NCBI GenBank assembly: GCA_963825315.1
Contig: CAWGST010000001.1
Coordinates: forward strand, 24,778 to 88,777
DNA length: 64,000 bases
Direction: 5' to 3'
Source of the DNA: an uncultured Verrucomicrobiae bacterium
GTDB lineage: Bacteria > Verrucomicrobiota > Verrucomicrobiia > Limisphaerales > Palsa-1400
This document shows, one piece after another, positions 30,147 to 40,519 of the stretch. The notes below the pieces were generated by a model that had not been told where the DNA came from, made no database searches, and saw only the letters and a list, made by a program, of their open reading frames with translations. Each line of letters opens with the position of its first letter. Position 1 is the first letter of the stretch. Made by a program: the position numbers and the translations under genes.

Positions 30147-30988
30147 TCAATCGCGCGTTATGGTGCCTTCGATTTGGCCGTGCGGCTCGTCGGTCGGCAG
30201 GAAAAGCTCGTTGCGGTTCTCGAGGCCGAACGGGGCGAGGTTGATGAGCAGGCAATGTTTGTTGGGCATGGCCAGCGTGATCTTTGAAATCTCCGGCGCG
30301 GCTTTCAACGCGGCTTCGCCCATCTGGAAAAGCGTCGCTTGCACCGAAGGACTGTAGGTGGAAGCGAAGACCTCCAGCATCGCCTCCAGAATCCGCGCGT
30401 TGGTTTGGGCCAACCCGCCGGTTGCCGGGCATATAACCAGGCCGCGCGCAATTGGGTGGCGAAGATTCGGTCCCTGGTTTCGGACAGCGTGGTGAATTTG
30501 TCCCGGACATCATAGCCTTCGAATCCTGACTGGGTGGTTTTGAGGATCAGCAAATCGTTGATGCCGGATTGAATGGTGGTGTCCTTGCGCGAACAGGTCA
30601 CTTCGGCGAAGGGTTTTGCCGGGCTTTTTTCGGTGAAACTATGGGCGTGCGGCCGGCCCTGGACGGCTATGCGCTCCCAGCACCGTTCAGCAAGACGCAC
30701 TTGCACGGTCTCCACCTGGGGATAGGTTTTCAGAAAATGCCGGGCGACGACAAGGCCGAACGCCTCGGTTTCCGAGCCAAGTTCTTCCTTCGCCAGAACG
30801 TTCACCGTGTTCTTCATGGTGTCGGTCGGAACCACCAGACGGTTGTCGGCTTTGGTGTAGGAAGCGTCGAAGCCACCTTGGAGCATGACCGAAATATCGA
30901 GTTCCTTGAGCGAATGGCGCTCGCCGCCGCGCGCGACTTTCATGACGCGAACGCGCGCTTTGCCGTAATGATGATGCAGAAGTTTCAT
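30147..30988 (-). CDS. pucL: Urate oxidase (uricase), split by a 1-nt frameshift near 30410
   Basis: YGKARVR, VVPTDTMKNTV, LKTTQSGF, TYSPSVQATLF, MPNKH, PTDEPHGQIE. GGT TGG [G]CC CAA lacks one G. Confidence 0.88.
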
Positions 30989-31057
30989 ATCGCTTTGCCA
31001 AATAGCGCGGCTATCGTAAAGAAGTCGTCGCGAATGACACGCTAAAAACGCAATCAG

Positions 31058-31576
31058 ATGCAAACGCGCCACCGCATGGCTGAACTGAACGCCCTCAGCG
31101 CCCGGGACTTTGTCCGTGTGACTGGACCGGTGTTCGAACACTCGCCCTGGATCGCCCGCGAAACGTCGGGCCGCAGGCCGTTTGCCGGAAGGGACGAACT
31201 GCTGGGCGCGCTGTGCGACACGGTTCGAAACGCTCCGGACGACAAAAAGCTGGCCTTGATCCGCGCGCACCCCGACCTGGCGGGCCGCGCGGCGACGGCG
31301 GGCGCGCTGACCGCGGAATCATCGGGCGAACAGGCCGCCGCCGGATTAAACAGCCTGACGCCGGAGGAGGCGGCGCTGTTTCAAAAGCAAAACGAGGCGT
31401 ATCGGCGGAAGTTTGATTTCCCGTTTATTATTTGCGCGCGGCTGAATAAAAAGGAGGCCATTCTCGAGGGGTTTGCGCGGCGGCTGCAAAATTCGCGCGA
31501 TCAGGAAATCCGCGCCGCCCTGGAGGAAATTTTTAAAATCGCCGGCCTGCGGCTGCGCGACTTGATTGTGGAGTGA
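31058..31576 (+). CDS. uraD: OHCU decarboxylase
   Basis: FEHSPWIA, LIRAHPDLAG, SSGEQAAAGL, FDFPFIICAR, KIAGLRL. Confidence 0.93.
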   Translation: MQTRHRMAELNALSARDFVRVTGPVFEHSPWIARETSGRRPFAGRDELLGALCDTVRNAPDDKKLALIRAHPDLAGRAATAGALTAESSGEQAAAGLNSLTPEEAALFQKQNEAYRRKFDFPFIICARLNKKEAILEGFARRLQNSRDQEIRAALEEIFKIAGLRLRDLIVE

Positions 31577-31579
31577 ACC

Positions 31580-31936
31580 ATGCCCGCGAAATTGAGCACT
31601 CATGTACTTGACACCGCGCGCGGCCTGCCGGCGCGGGAAATGCAGATCCAATTGTGGTCCTTGAGCGGCCCGCGGCCCCGCCTGCTCAAAACGGTCCGCA
31701 CCAACGCCGACGGCCGCACCGACGCCCCGCTGCTCGAGGCGGAGGAAATGCGCCCGGGCGAATACGAATTGGTGTTTTTTGTCGGGGATTATTTCGCCCC
31801 GCAGCCCGGCGCGGCGTCCGGGCTCCGGTTTCTGGACCGCGTGCCGGTGCGCTTTGGCATCGCGGACGCGACCGCATCGCATCATGTGCCCCTGCTGTGT
31901 TCGCCGTGGTCTTACAGCACGTATCGCGGAAGTTGA
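31580..31936 (+). CDS. uraH: 5-hydroxyisourate hydrolase
   Basis: LSTHVLDTARG, TNADGR, HVPLL, C-terminal YRGS. Confidence 0.96.
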   Translation: MPAKLSTHVLDTARGLPAREMQIQLWSLSGPRPRLLKTVRTNADGRTDAPLLEAEEMRPGEYELVFFVGDYFAPQPGAASGLRFLDRVPVRFGIADATASHHVPLLCSPWSYSTYRGS

Positions 31937-31987
31937 AGACGACATGGATCATGCCGCACAGTTTGTCTTGTCGCCCGCACTCCGGCC

Positions 31988-33340
31988 ATGAACTCATTGG
32001 ACCTGATCATCCGCGACGGGCTGGTTGTCACCGAAACGGCGGTGACGCGCGCGGATGTGGGCGTTGCCGGGGGCAAAATCGCGGCCATTGCGCCGCACAT
32101 CGCCGGCGCGGCCCGGCAGACGATTGACGCCGCCGGATGGCATGTTTTCCCGGGAGTGATTGATGCGCACGTTCATTTCAATGAGCCGGGGCGAAGCGAT
32201 TGGGAAGGGATCGAAACAGGCTCGCGCGCCGTGGCTGCGGGCGGCGGAACGCTGTTCTTCGACATGCCCTTGAACGCTCATCCGCCCACCCTTGACGCCG
32301 AAAGTTTTCGGACGAAGCAGGCGGCGGCGGAGCAGAAGTCGCTCGTTGATTTCGCATTGTGGGGCGGACTGGTCCCGCAAAATCTGGACCAACTCGATGA
32401 ACTGGCCCGGTGCGGGGTGATCGGTTTCAAGGCGTTCATGTGCAACAGCGGCATCGAGGATTTTGCCTGCGTCGGGGACGGCGTCTTGCGCGAAGGCATG
32501 AAACGCGCGGCAGCCCTTCATTTGCCCGTCGCCGTCCACGCCGAAAGCGAAAGCCTGACCTCGCGCCTCACCGCCGAAGCGACAGCCGCGAATCGCACGG
32601 GGATTCGCGATTATTTGGATTCACGTCCCATTCAAGCCGAACTGGACGCCATCCGGCGTGCCATTGATCTGGCCGGCGAAACTGGCTGCGCCTTGCATGT
32701 GGTGCATGTCAGTTGCGCGGCGGGCGCGCGCTTGATCGCGGCCGCGCGGAAGGCCGGCGCTGATGTCACCTGCGAAACCTGTCCGCATTATCTCGCGCTG
32801 GCCGATGAAGACGTTGAGAAACTCGGCCCCGTGGCAAAATGCGCGCCCCCTTTGCGGCCCGCGCGGGAGCGGGAGGAATTATGGGGGGAATTACTGGCCG
32901 AAAATATTTTGACAGTCGGGTCGGATCATTCGCCGTCGCCGCCGGAAATGAAACAGGCGTCGAACTTCTTCAAGGTCTGGGGCGGAATCTCGGGCGCGCA
33001 GCACCTGATGCCCTTGCTGATCACGCTTGGCCATTTCGAACGGCAGGCGGACCTGAGCCTGTTGCTGCAGTTCTGTTCGGCCAACGTGGCGCGCCGCTTC
33101 AAACTGCCCGCCGGCAAAGGCCGCATCGCCGCCGGCAGCGACGCGGACCTGGCGCTGGTCAACCTGGACAAAAGCTTCGACGTTCGAGCGGAAGATTTGC
33201 ACTATCGCCACCGGCAAAGCCCGTATGTGGGCCGGCGCTTGCGCGGCTCGGTACGGCGGACACTGGTGCGCGGTCGGACTGTGTTCCAGGACGGCCAGTT
33301 CGTGGCAAAGCCGCAAGGCCGGCTGGTTTCCCCTATATGA
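31988..33340 (+). CDS. allB: Allantoinase
   Basis: IDAHVHFNEPGR, DMPLN, VHAE, ETCPHYL, KCAPPLR, SDHSPSP, WGGISG. Purine-catabolism context. Confidence 0.93.
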   Translation: MNSLDLIIRDGLVVTETAVTRADVGVAGGKIAAIAPHIAGAARQTIDAAGWHVFPGVIDAHVHFNEPGRSDWEGIETGSRAVAAGGGTLFFDMPLNAHPPTLDAESFRTKQAAAEQKSLVDFALWGGLVPQNLDQLDELARCGVIGFKAFMCNSGIEDFACVGDGVLREGMKRAAALHLPVAVHAESESLTSRLTAEATAANRTGIRDYLDSRPIQAELDAIRRAIDLAGETGCALHVVHVSCAAGARLIAAARKAGADVTCETCPHYLALADEDVEKLGPVAKCAPPLRPAREREELWGELLAENILTVGSDHSPSPPEMKQASNFFKVWGGISGAQHLMPLLITLGHFERQADLSLLLQFCSANVARRFKLPAGKGRIAAGSDADLALVNLDKSFDVRAEDLHYRHRQSPYVGRRLRGSVRRTLVRGRTVFQDGQFVAKPQGRLVSPI

Positions 33341-34851
33341 AACCAATGCTGACGACAATCGTTGTTGCTGTGATCTCAACGAGTGCTGCAAGGTGCAGCA
33401 CGTTTGCTGACCAAGGCCCCTCCGCCGAGCGTCATCCACGCAAAGAAGACACTTACACCATCACTTCCGTCATCCAAGTCCTTCAGCCCGTCAACGCTGC
33501 CGACATGAACGATGATTTTCAGGACGCGCATGTGCTGGCACAGGACAAGGACTCCTGCACGGTCGAGGTGACTTATTATCCGTTCTACCGACCGGCCATT
33601 GGCGAGAACCCCAATTGGCGCAACGACGACGCTGAAATGACCCAGTACCTCAAACCAACATCAACCGAGAACTGGGACGAAACCATGCGGCGCGATCTCA
33701 TTGCGGAACTCCATCGGGCGGGTATTGACCCGGAGAGCTTGACCGACAGGCAACTCGTCGAACAAGTGTCGGCGTGGGCAATGAAACGAACCCATTCGAC
33801 ACAGGCCTTTTCCGTCTGGGACGTCTATTACGCGGATGGCAAGCCAGCAGTCTATCCACCATTGCGGGACGCGTTCGATCGGCAGAAACCTGATCAGACT
33901 TGGACAGATCAGCAAATGTTCGATCAGGAGGCGCTTGGCCGGTCCATGTTCTACAATGAAGTGCATGGCTCCTGCACGTCATCTTCAATCTATCTGGCCA
34001 CCATCTTCCGCTCATTGGGCATTCCAACCCGCATTATCTTCTGCATTCCCCCATTCGACCCGAACGACGATGCTCAAGCCCGGATGTTTTACGACAACAT
34101 TCATCACCATCAGGCGCGAGAGACCGTCCGGGCTGCGCTGGACGGCATGAACGGCTTTGATAATCATTTGTTCAACGAAGTTTATGTTGACCACCACTGG
34201 GTGCGGCTCAATTACAAAACCTTGGGACAGCCGATTCTGGATGCTCATTATTTTGGACTTTTAACCCACATTTACACCAGCTCCGACTTGAGCCAAGTAC
34301 CGCTGGCGCAGACTTGGGGGATGCGTTACTCCAAATATCCGGATGTCCAGCCGAAACTTTCCTCTGTGAACCCGTATCGTCTGATCTCCGTGCATGACCA
34401 TTTTGGCGTCAACGCGCATTTGGACAACCCGCCGGTTCGACTGGCTGAACTGAGGACGGTTACGATCATCGGGTTGTACCATCCGGACTCACCGGAAGTG
34501 CCGAAATGGGCTGCGGACTATTTAAAAAGGGAGAACCATGGCGCCGACTTTCTTATTGCGTGCAAGGAGTGGCTGTCAGGAGTCAACAACCAAATGCGCG
34601 CTTTCCAGAAGCGTGCCGGGCATGAGTTCCTGCTGACCTCGCCGCACCACCCGGATGTCAGGGCGCACCTGATTGATCTGCGCCAAAGCACTGGCGACGG
34701 CACATACCAAGCATACGGGGCGCAGGTCGCAAGGGAAGACAAGGCCAGGCTGGTTCAAGGGGTTGCCTACAGCATTCAACCGGTCAACATCAGCGACACC
34801 TATCAATGGGCGGTAGCGCCGGACTTGACGCCGCTAAAGTTGAAAAACTGA
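33337..34851 (+). CDS. Transglutaminase-like domain protein (~504 aa), probably exported
   Basis: ATGA overlap with allB. GSCTSSSIYLATIFRSLGIPTR (Cys) and NHLFNEVYVDHHWVRL (His). Confidence 0.75.
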   Translation: MKPMLTTIVVAVISTSAARCSTFADQGPSAERHPRKEDTYTITSVIQVLQPVNAADMNDDFQDAHVLAQDKDSCTVEVTYYPFYRPAIGENPNWRNDDAEMTQYLKPTSTENWDETMRRDLIAELHRAGIDPESLTDRQLVEQVSAWAMKRTHSTQAFSVWDVYYADGKPAVYPPLRDAFDRQKPDQTWTDQQMFDQEALGRSMFYNEVHGSCTSSSIYLATIFRSLGIPTRIIFCIPPFDPNDDAQARMFYDNIHHHQARETVRAALDGMNGFDNHLFNEVYVDHHWVRLNYKTLGQPILDAHYFGLLTHIYTSSDLSQVPLAQTWGMRYSKYPDVQPKLSSVNPYRLISVHDHFGVNAHLDNPPVRLAELRTVTIIGLYHPDSPEVPKWAADYLKRENHGADFLIACKEWLSGVNNQMRAFQKRAGHEFLLTSPHHPDVRAHLIDLRQSTGDGTYQAYGAQVAREDKARLVQGVAYSIQPVNISDTYQWAVAPDLTPLKLKN

Positions 34852-34906
34852 CGCTCCATTTTAACCTTTGAACCAGGCCCTTCCGCCCTTATAAACACCC
34901 CGCATT

Positions 34907-37900
34907 ATGAGCCTCTCGCCCCGCGCGGCCAAAAAATTGCTCGTCGCCAATCGCAACGAAATCGCCATCCGCGTCTTTCGCGCGGCCACGGAATTGGGTT
35001 TGCGCACCGTGGCCATTTACGCCCGGGAAGACCGCCTCAGCATTCACCGCTTCAAGGCCGACGAAGCGTATCTCATCGGCGAGGACAAAGGCCCCGTTGG
35101 CGCTTACCTCGATATTCCTGGAATCATCGCGCTGGCCAAAGAGAAGCAGATTGACCTCATCCATCCCGGTTACGGTTTTCTGGCCGAAAATGCCGGGTTT
35201 GCCCGCGCTTGCGCCGCGGCGGGCATCACCTTCGTCGGCCCCCGTCCTGAAATCATCGAGTGGATGGGCAACAAAGTCGCCGCCCGCGCGCTGGCCCGGA
35301 AAGTCGGCGTGCGCACTTTGGCCGGCACGGAAGAACCGGTGACGGACCGCGCCGCGGCCTTGAAGATCGCCCATGAAATCGGTTTCCCGCTGATCGTCAA
35401 AGCGGCCTTTGGCGGCGGCGGGCGCGGCATGAGGGTCGTTCATAGATCGGCCGATCTGGCCCATCTGCTGGACGAGGCGCAAAGCGAAGCCGGACGCGCC
35501 TTTGGCAATCCGGCCGTTTTTTTGGAGAAGTACATCCCGTGCGCCAAGCACATCGAAGTGCAGATTATGGGCGACCGTCACGGCAATGTGCTGCATCTGC
35601 ATGAACGCGATTGCTCCGTGCAACGCCGCCACCAGAAAGTCATTGAAATCGCCCCTTCCAACGCCCTGCCGGATGCCACAAGGGACGAATTGTGCCAGGC
35701 CGCCGTGCGCCTGGCGCGAGCGGTCCACTATGACAACGCGGGCACGGTCGAATTTCTTTATGATCTTGACAGGCGCCAATGGTATTTCATCGAGGTCAAT
35801 CCGCGCATCCAGGTCGAACACACCGTCACCGAAGTCATTACCGGCGTTGATTTGGTGCGCTCGCAAATTCTCGCCGCCCAGGGCTGCGCCCTGCACGGCC
35901 CGGAGATCAATTTGCCGCCGCAGGGGGAAATGCCGCGCATGGGCTGCGCCGTGCAGTGCCGCGTCACGACCGAAGACCCCGAAAATAAATTCACGCCCGA
36001 CTACGGCAGAATTCTGACCTACCGCTCCACCGGCGGGCAGGGGGTGCGCCTGGACGGCGGCATGGGTTACGCCGGCGCGGTCATTACGCCCTTTTACGAT
36101 TCGCTGCTGGTCAAAATCACCGCCTTTGGCCGGAATTTCGAGATGGCCCTGCAGCGCATGGACAGGGCCTTGCGCGAGTTCCGGATTCGCGGCGTCAAGA
36201 CGAACATTCCATTTTTGGAAAATGTCATCGCCAATCCCGTCTTCCGCTCGGGCCAGGCAACCACCACATTGATCGACAACACGCCCGATCTCTTCAAATT
36301 CAAGCCGCGGCGGGACCGGGCCACCAAGCTGCTGGCCTTCCTGGGCGATGTCATTGTCAACGGCAATCCCCAGGCCAAAGGCCATGTGCTCAACGCCGCC
36401 CTGCCGCCGGTGGCCCCTCCGCCCCACGACCGCAAAGAACTTGCGCCGGACGGCACGCGCCAGTTGCTGCTCCAGTTAGGCCCGAAAAAGTTCGCCGAGT
36501 GGACTCTGCGCCAAAAGCGATTGCTCATCACCGACACGACCTTTCGCGACGCGCATCAATCGCTCCTGGCCACACGCGCGCGCTCCTATGACATGCTGGC
36601 CATCGCCCCGGCCGTGGCGCGGCGCGCGCCCCAATTGTTCAGCCTCGAAATGTGGGGCGGCGCCACCTTCGACACGGCGATGCGTTTCCTGCATGAGGAC
36701 CCCTGGAACCGCCTGCGGCTCCTGCGCGGGAAGATTCCGAACATCTGTTTCCAGATGCTCTTTCGCGGCGCCAACGCCGTGGGTTATTCCAACTATCCGG
36801 ACAACGTCGTCGCCGGTTTTGTCAAACAAGCCGCGGCGTCGGGCATTGATATTTTCCGCATTTTCGATTCGCTCAATTACACCCCGAATTTGAAGGCGGC
36901 CATCGCCGCGGTCCACCAAACCCACGCCGTTTGTGAGGCGGCGATATGTTACACCGGGGATATTCTCGATCCGAAGCGGACAAAATACTCGCTCAAATAC
37001 TACGTCAAGCTGGCCCGGGAATTGGAAAAAATGGGGGCGCATTTTCTGGCGGTCAAAGACATGGCCGGCCTGTGCCGGCCCTTTGCTGCTTACGCCCTGG
37101 TCAAGGCGCTCAAAGAGGAAATCGGGCTGCCCGTTCACTTTCACACCCACGACACCAGCGGCGTCAATTCCGCCTCCGTTTTGAAAGCCAGCGAGGCGCG
37201 GGTCGATGTGGTTGACCTCGCCATTGCCTCGATGAGCGGTTCAACCAGCCAGCCCAATCTCAATTCGATCGTGGCCGCGCTCGCCCACACTCCGCGCGAC
37301 CCGGGGCTGGATTTGGCCGCGCTCAACGAGTTTTCCGACTATTGGGAAAGTGTCTCCGCCTATTACGCGCCCTTCAATACCGCGCCGCGCGCCGGGACGG
37401 CGGATGTCTATCACCATGAAATGCCCGGCGGCCAATACACGAACTTGAAGGAACAGGCCGCCAGCATGGGCTTGGGCCAGCGCTGGCCGGAAATCTCCCG
37501 CACTTACACCGAAGTCAACCAGCTTTTCGGCGACATTGTCAAAGTCACTCCCAGCAGCAAGGTGGTGGGCGACATGGCGATGTTTCTCATTTCGCGCGGC
37601 ATCAAGCCGGCCGATGTTTTGAATCTCGAACCGGGCAGCGTCCCCTTCCCTGCTTCCGTCATTGACCTGTTGATGGGCCACCTCGGACAGCCGGCCGGCG
37701 GCTGGCCCAAACAACTGCAAAAAGTCGTCCTGGGAAACCGCAAGCCGATTCGCGGCCGGCCCGGCGCCGGTCTGAAACCGCTCAATCTGGAAAAGATCAG
37801 GGAGGAACTTTCCCACAAGCTCAAACACGAAGCCGCCCAGGACGACTTGTACAGTCACTTGATGTATCCGGAAGTTTTCGCCGAATTCGCCAAATTCTCC

Positions 37901-38368
37901 CGCGATTACAGCGATGTGGCCGTCCTGCCAACGCCGGCCTTTTTCTACGGCTTGAAACCAGGCGAAGAAATCTCCGTCGATATCGAGGAGGGAAAAACTC
38001 TCTTCATCAAATTCATTCACCTCGGCAATGTGGACAAAGACGGGCGGCGCGCTCTCGTCTTCGAACTCAACGGCATGACCCGCGAAGTGACCATCGTGGA
38101 TCGCGCCGTCCAGCCCAAGGCCAGGGCACGCCCGAAAGCCGACCCGGCCGATCCATCGCAGGTCGGCGCTCCCATTCCCGGCTTGATCACGTCGCTGGCC
38201 GTGAGCGTCGGGAGCAGGGTTGGCAAAGGCGACAAATTGTTGACACTCGAAGCCATGAAAATGCAAAGCACCCTTTACGCTTCCGGCGATGGAACGGTGG
38301 CGGCCATTTTTGCCCAGGTGGGCGAGACGGTGGAAAGCAAGGACCTTTTGGTCCAGTTGCGAAAGTGA
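34907..38368 (+). CDS. pyc: Pyruvate carboxylase
   Basis: Biotin carboxylase domain (HPGYGFLAEN, ERDCSVQRRHQKV), CT domain (RDAHQSL, WGGATFD), biotin site EAMKM. Confidence 0.97.
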   Translation: MSLSPRAAKKLLVANRNEIAIRVFRAATELGLRTVAIYAREDRLSIHRFKADEAYLIGEDKGPVGAYLDIPGIIALAKEKQIDLIHPGYGFLAENAGFARACAAAGITFVGPRPEIIEWMGNKVAARALARKVGVRTLAGTEEPVTDRAAALKIAHEIGFPLIVKAAFGGGGRGMRVVHRSADLAHLLDEAQSEAGRAFGNPAVFLEKYIPCAKHIEVQIMGDRHGNVLHLHERDCSVQRRHQKVIEIAPSNALPDATRDELCQAAVRLARAVHYDNAGTVEFLYDLDRRQWYFIEVNPRIQVEHTVTEVITGVDLVRSQILAAQGCALHGPEINLPPQGEMPRMGCAVQCRVTTEDPENKFTPDYGRILTYRSTGGQGVRLDGGMGYAGAVITPFYDSLLVKITAFGRNFEMALQRMDRALREFRIRGVKTNIPFLENVIANPVFRSGQATTTLIDNTPDLFKFKPRRDRATKLLAFLGDVIVNGNPQAKGHVLNAALPPVAPPPHDRKELAPDGTRQLLLQLGPKKFAEWTLRQKRLLITDTTFRDAHQSLLATRARSYDMLAIAPAVARRAPQLFSLEMWGGATFDTAMRFLHEDPWNRLRLLRGKIPNICFQMLFRGANAVGYSNYPDNVVAGFVKQAAASGIDIFRIFDSLNYTPNLKAAIAAVHQTHAVCEAAICYTGDILDPKRTKYSLKYYVKLARELEKMGAHFLAVKDMAGLCRPFAAYALVKALKEEIGLPVHFHTHDTSGVNSASVLKASEARVDVVDLAIASMSGSTSQPNLNSIVAALAHTPRDPGLDLAALNEFSDYWESVSAYYAPFNTAPRAGTADVYHHEMPGGQYTNLKEQAASMGLGQRWPEISRTYTEVNQLFGDIVKVTPSSKVVGDMAMFLISRGIKPADVLNLEPGSVPFPASVIDLLMGHLGQPAGGWPKQLQKVVLGNRKPIRGRPGAGLKPLNLEKIREELSHKLKHEAAQDDLYSHLMYPEVFAEFAKFSRDYSDVAVLPTPAFFYGLKPGEEISVDIEEGKTLFIKFIHLGNVDKDGRRALVFELNGMTREVTIVDRAVQPKARARPKADPADPSQVGAPIPGLITSLAVSVGSRVGKGDKLLTLEAMKMQSTLYASGDGTVAAIFAQVGETVESKDLLVQLRK

Positions 38369-38410
38369 GGAACAGGCGCATGCCACTTTTTTGGGTGGCG
38401 GTTTCCGGCT

Positions 38411-38490
38411 CCTAATCTTAATCTCAATCCGAACTGCGCGAAGGAGATTAAGATTAAGATTAGGATTAGGATAAAGATTAAAATTAAGAT
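38411..38490. repeat. Inverted (TAATCY)n / (GATTAR)n hexamer hairpin directly before the fabI ATG
   Basis: cctaatcttaatctc...gagattaagattaagattaggattagg. Confidence 0.8.
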
Positions 38491-39261
38491 ATGGCGATAC
38501 TTGCTGGAAAGATTGGATTAGTCGTCGGCGTGGCCAACAAACGGTCCATCGCGTGGGCCATCGCCCAGGCCTGGCGCGACGCCGGCGCCACGCTCGCTTT
38601 TACCTACCAGGGCGAACGGCTCAAGGACAATGTCGCGGAACTGGCTGGCGCGTTTGGGGCCGATACGCTGGTTCTCCCCTGCGATGTCACCAAGGATGAT
38701 GAGATCGCCCGCGTCTTCGCCGAAGTCGGCGGCAAATTTGGCCGGCTGCATTTGCTCCTTCACTCCGTGGCCTTCGCGCCGCGCGAAGCGCTGGAAGGCG
38801 ATTTTTTGGGCACCACGCGCGAAGCCTTCCGCGTGGCCCACGATGTCAGCGCCTATTCGCTGGTCGCGCTGGCCCGCGGCGCGGCCCCGCTCATGACCGA
38901 AGGCGGGAGCATCGTGGCCATGACCTATTATGGGTCGAGAAAAGTGGTGCCGCGTTACAACGTGATGGGCGTGGCCAAGGCGTCGCTCGAAGCCAGCGCC
39001 CGCTATCTGGCCTATGATTTGGGTCCGAAGAAAATCCGGGTCAACTGCATCAGCGCCGGCGCCGTCAACACAGTGGCGGCCCGCGGCATCGCCGGTTTTT
39101 CGGAGATGCTCAAACACTACGAAGCCCATGCCCCGCTCAAGCGGAATGTCCTACCCGATGAACTGGGCGCCGCGGGAACCTTTTTGGCCAGCGACGGCGC
39201 GGCGGCGATCACGGGCCAGGTCCTCTACGTTGATTGCGGCTATCAGATCATGGGCATGTAA
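38491..39261 (+). CDS. fabI: Enoyl-ACP reductase
   Basis: GVANKRSIAWAIA, SAYSL, YNVMGVAKASLE, VNCISAG. Confidence 0.96.
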   Translation: MAILAGKIGLVVGVANKRSIAWAIAQAWRDAGATLAFTYQGERLKDNVAELAGAFGADTLVLPCDVTKDDEIARVFAEVGGKFGRLHLLLHSVAFAPREALEGDFLGTTREAFRVAHDVSAYSLVALARGAAPLMTEGGSIVAMTYYGSRKVVPRYNVMGVAKASLEASARYLAYDLGPKKIRVNCISAGAVNTVAARGIAGFSEMLKHYEAHAPLKRNVLPDELGAAGTFLASDGAAAITGQVLYVDCGYQIMGM

Positions 39262-39394
39262 TCTGGTTCCTGATCCTAATCTTAATCTTAATCATAATCT
39301 CAATTTTTGACTTCGCCATTGCCGAAAGTTCAAGTCGGGGATAATTTTATTGCATGAAAACGGTCACGAAACAACAAGCGGTTCAGGGGCTCGA

Positions 39395-39898
39395 GGGCGC
39401 AAATCAGCTTTTGGAGGCAAGTTTAGCCATCGCTCCGTCAAGCTTCTCGTTTTTTCGGTGGACTGATTTTGCCCAAAGAGGAGGGCGCACCCTTCAAAAA
39501 CGCCAGATTGATAGATAGAGGTCGGAAAAATCGGCAACACGGCAACAATGCTGGTTTTATGCGGGTTTTGTGGTTGTTTTGGCCCGGCAACACATCGGCA
39601 ACACCCGGCAACATGTAGCTGCTTTCTATTGCCTCAGCGAGAAAATGGCTAAATTTGACCAGCCGCGCCGGGGCTGATTCAGGTAGGGGAGATTCCAACC
39701 CGAATCATCAGCGAACTGCTCAGGAGTACACTCAAAGGGTGAAAGTGTCGGAAGTGCCAGTTCCGCCGGCGAGGCCGACGGATGCGACCGGGTCCGCCTG
39801 CGCGCTGCTTCACCGCGATAAAACGGTTGCGCTCCTGAAAAGTCGCCAATGATTCGGAGGTTCGCACCTGCGGAGTTCACAAAAGTTGATTAGCGCCC
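39395..39898. mobile_element. Non-autonomous IS-derived element (504 bp) with 19-bp TIRs and a 9-bp target duplication; family unassigned
   Basis: GGGCGCAAATCAGCTTTTG / CAAAAGTTGATTAGCGCCC (17/19). TSD GGGGCTCGA(39386-39394)/GGGGTTCGA(39899-39907). No transposase ORF. Confidence 0.82.
39506..39622 (+). repeat. Fourth copy of the GGCAACA-iteron element, nested inside the IS-derived element
   Basis: gattgatagatagaggtcggaaaaatcggcaacacggcaacaa...ggcaacacatcggcaacacccggcaacatg. Confidence 0.85.
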
Positions 39899-40519
39899 GG
39901 GGTTCGACATGATCGGCGATTTGGCGCATGCCGGGGAGACTGTCATCGTCACCCATGGCGGCAAACCCTGGTTCAAACTCGTGCCCGCTCTCAAGAAGAA
40001 GCCTGGCAAATCCGCGGCCGCCTTTAGAGCCAGGCTCAACCGCATCTCGCCCAAGCCAATTCCCGGTGCATCCGAAGTCGTCTCCCGATTGCGCCGTTGA
40101 AAACCTGCTTTGGGCGGGGGGTGGGGCATTCTCCCGGCATGGCGCGAAAGCATCGCCTGCATTCCCCTATCAATGCTGACAAACAAAATAGTGCCATGCC
40201 AGGAACCCCTTTCTGACCCCTTTCCGCGTAACGGACTCATCCCGCTCCCGCCCATAGGCGCGCCGGTGTGGCCCAATGAAAAATCCGTCAAGAAAAGAGC
40301 TTGCAAAAACCCAGAATTGGCCCAAAATCATCCACAGATTGTGGTACAGACCCAAATGTTCTTTGTTCACGAGACGGGACAAGACGAGATACGCCATGTT
40401 TTGCGCACAAACGAGTTAACTAGCGGGCGGAAGGGCCTTCGCTCTGGATTTCGCGGCTTGTTCCAACAGCAACGTCCCGCTTTCCATCCAGCGAGGCAAT
40501 ACACCAACACAGAAAAACT

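Larger units (their letters stand above)
39354..40100 (+). pseudogene. Phd/YefM-like antitoxin gene interrupted by a 504-bp IS-derived element
   Basis: Reconstructed product MKTVTKQQAVQGFDMIGDLAHAGETVIVTHGGKPWFKLVPA...RLRR. The 'GETVIVT..GKP..KLVP' pattern is Phd-like. Confidence 0.8.

Noticed and set aside
40328-40345. DnaA box / oriC near gyrA
   Set aside because: Only one imperfect TCATCCACA, with no box cluster or unwinding element.
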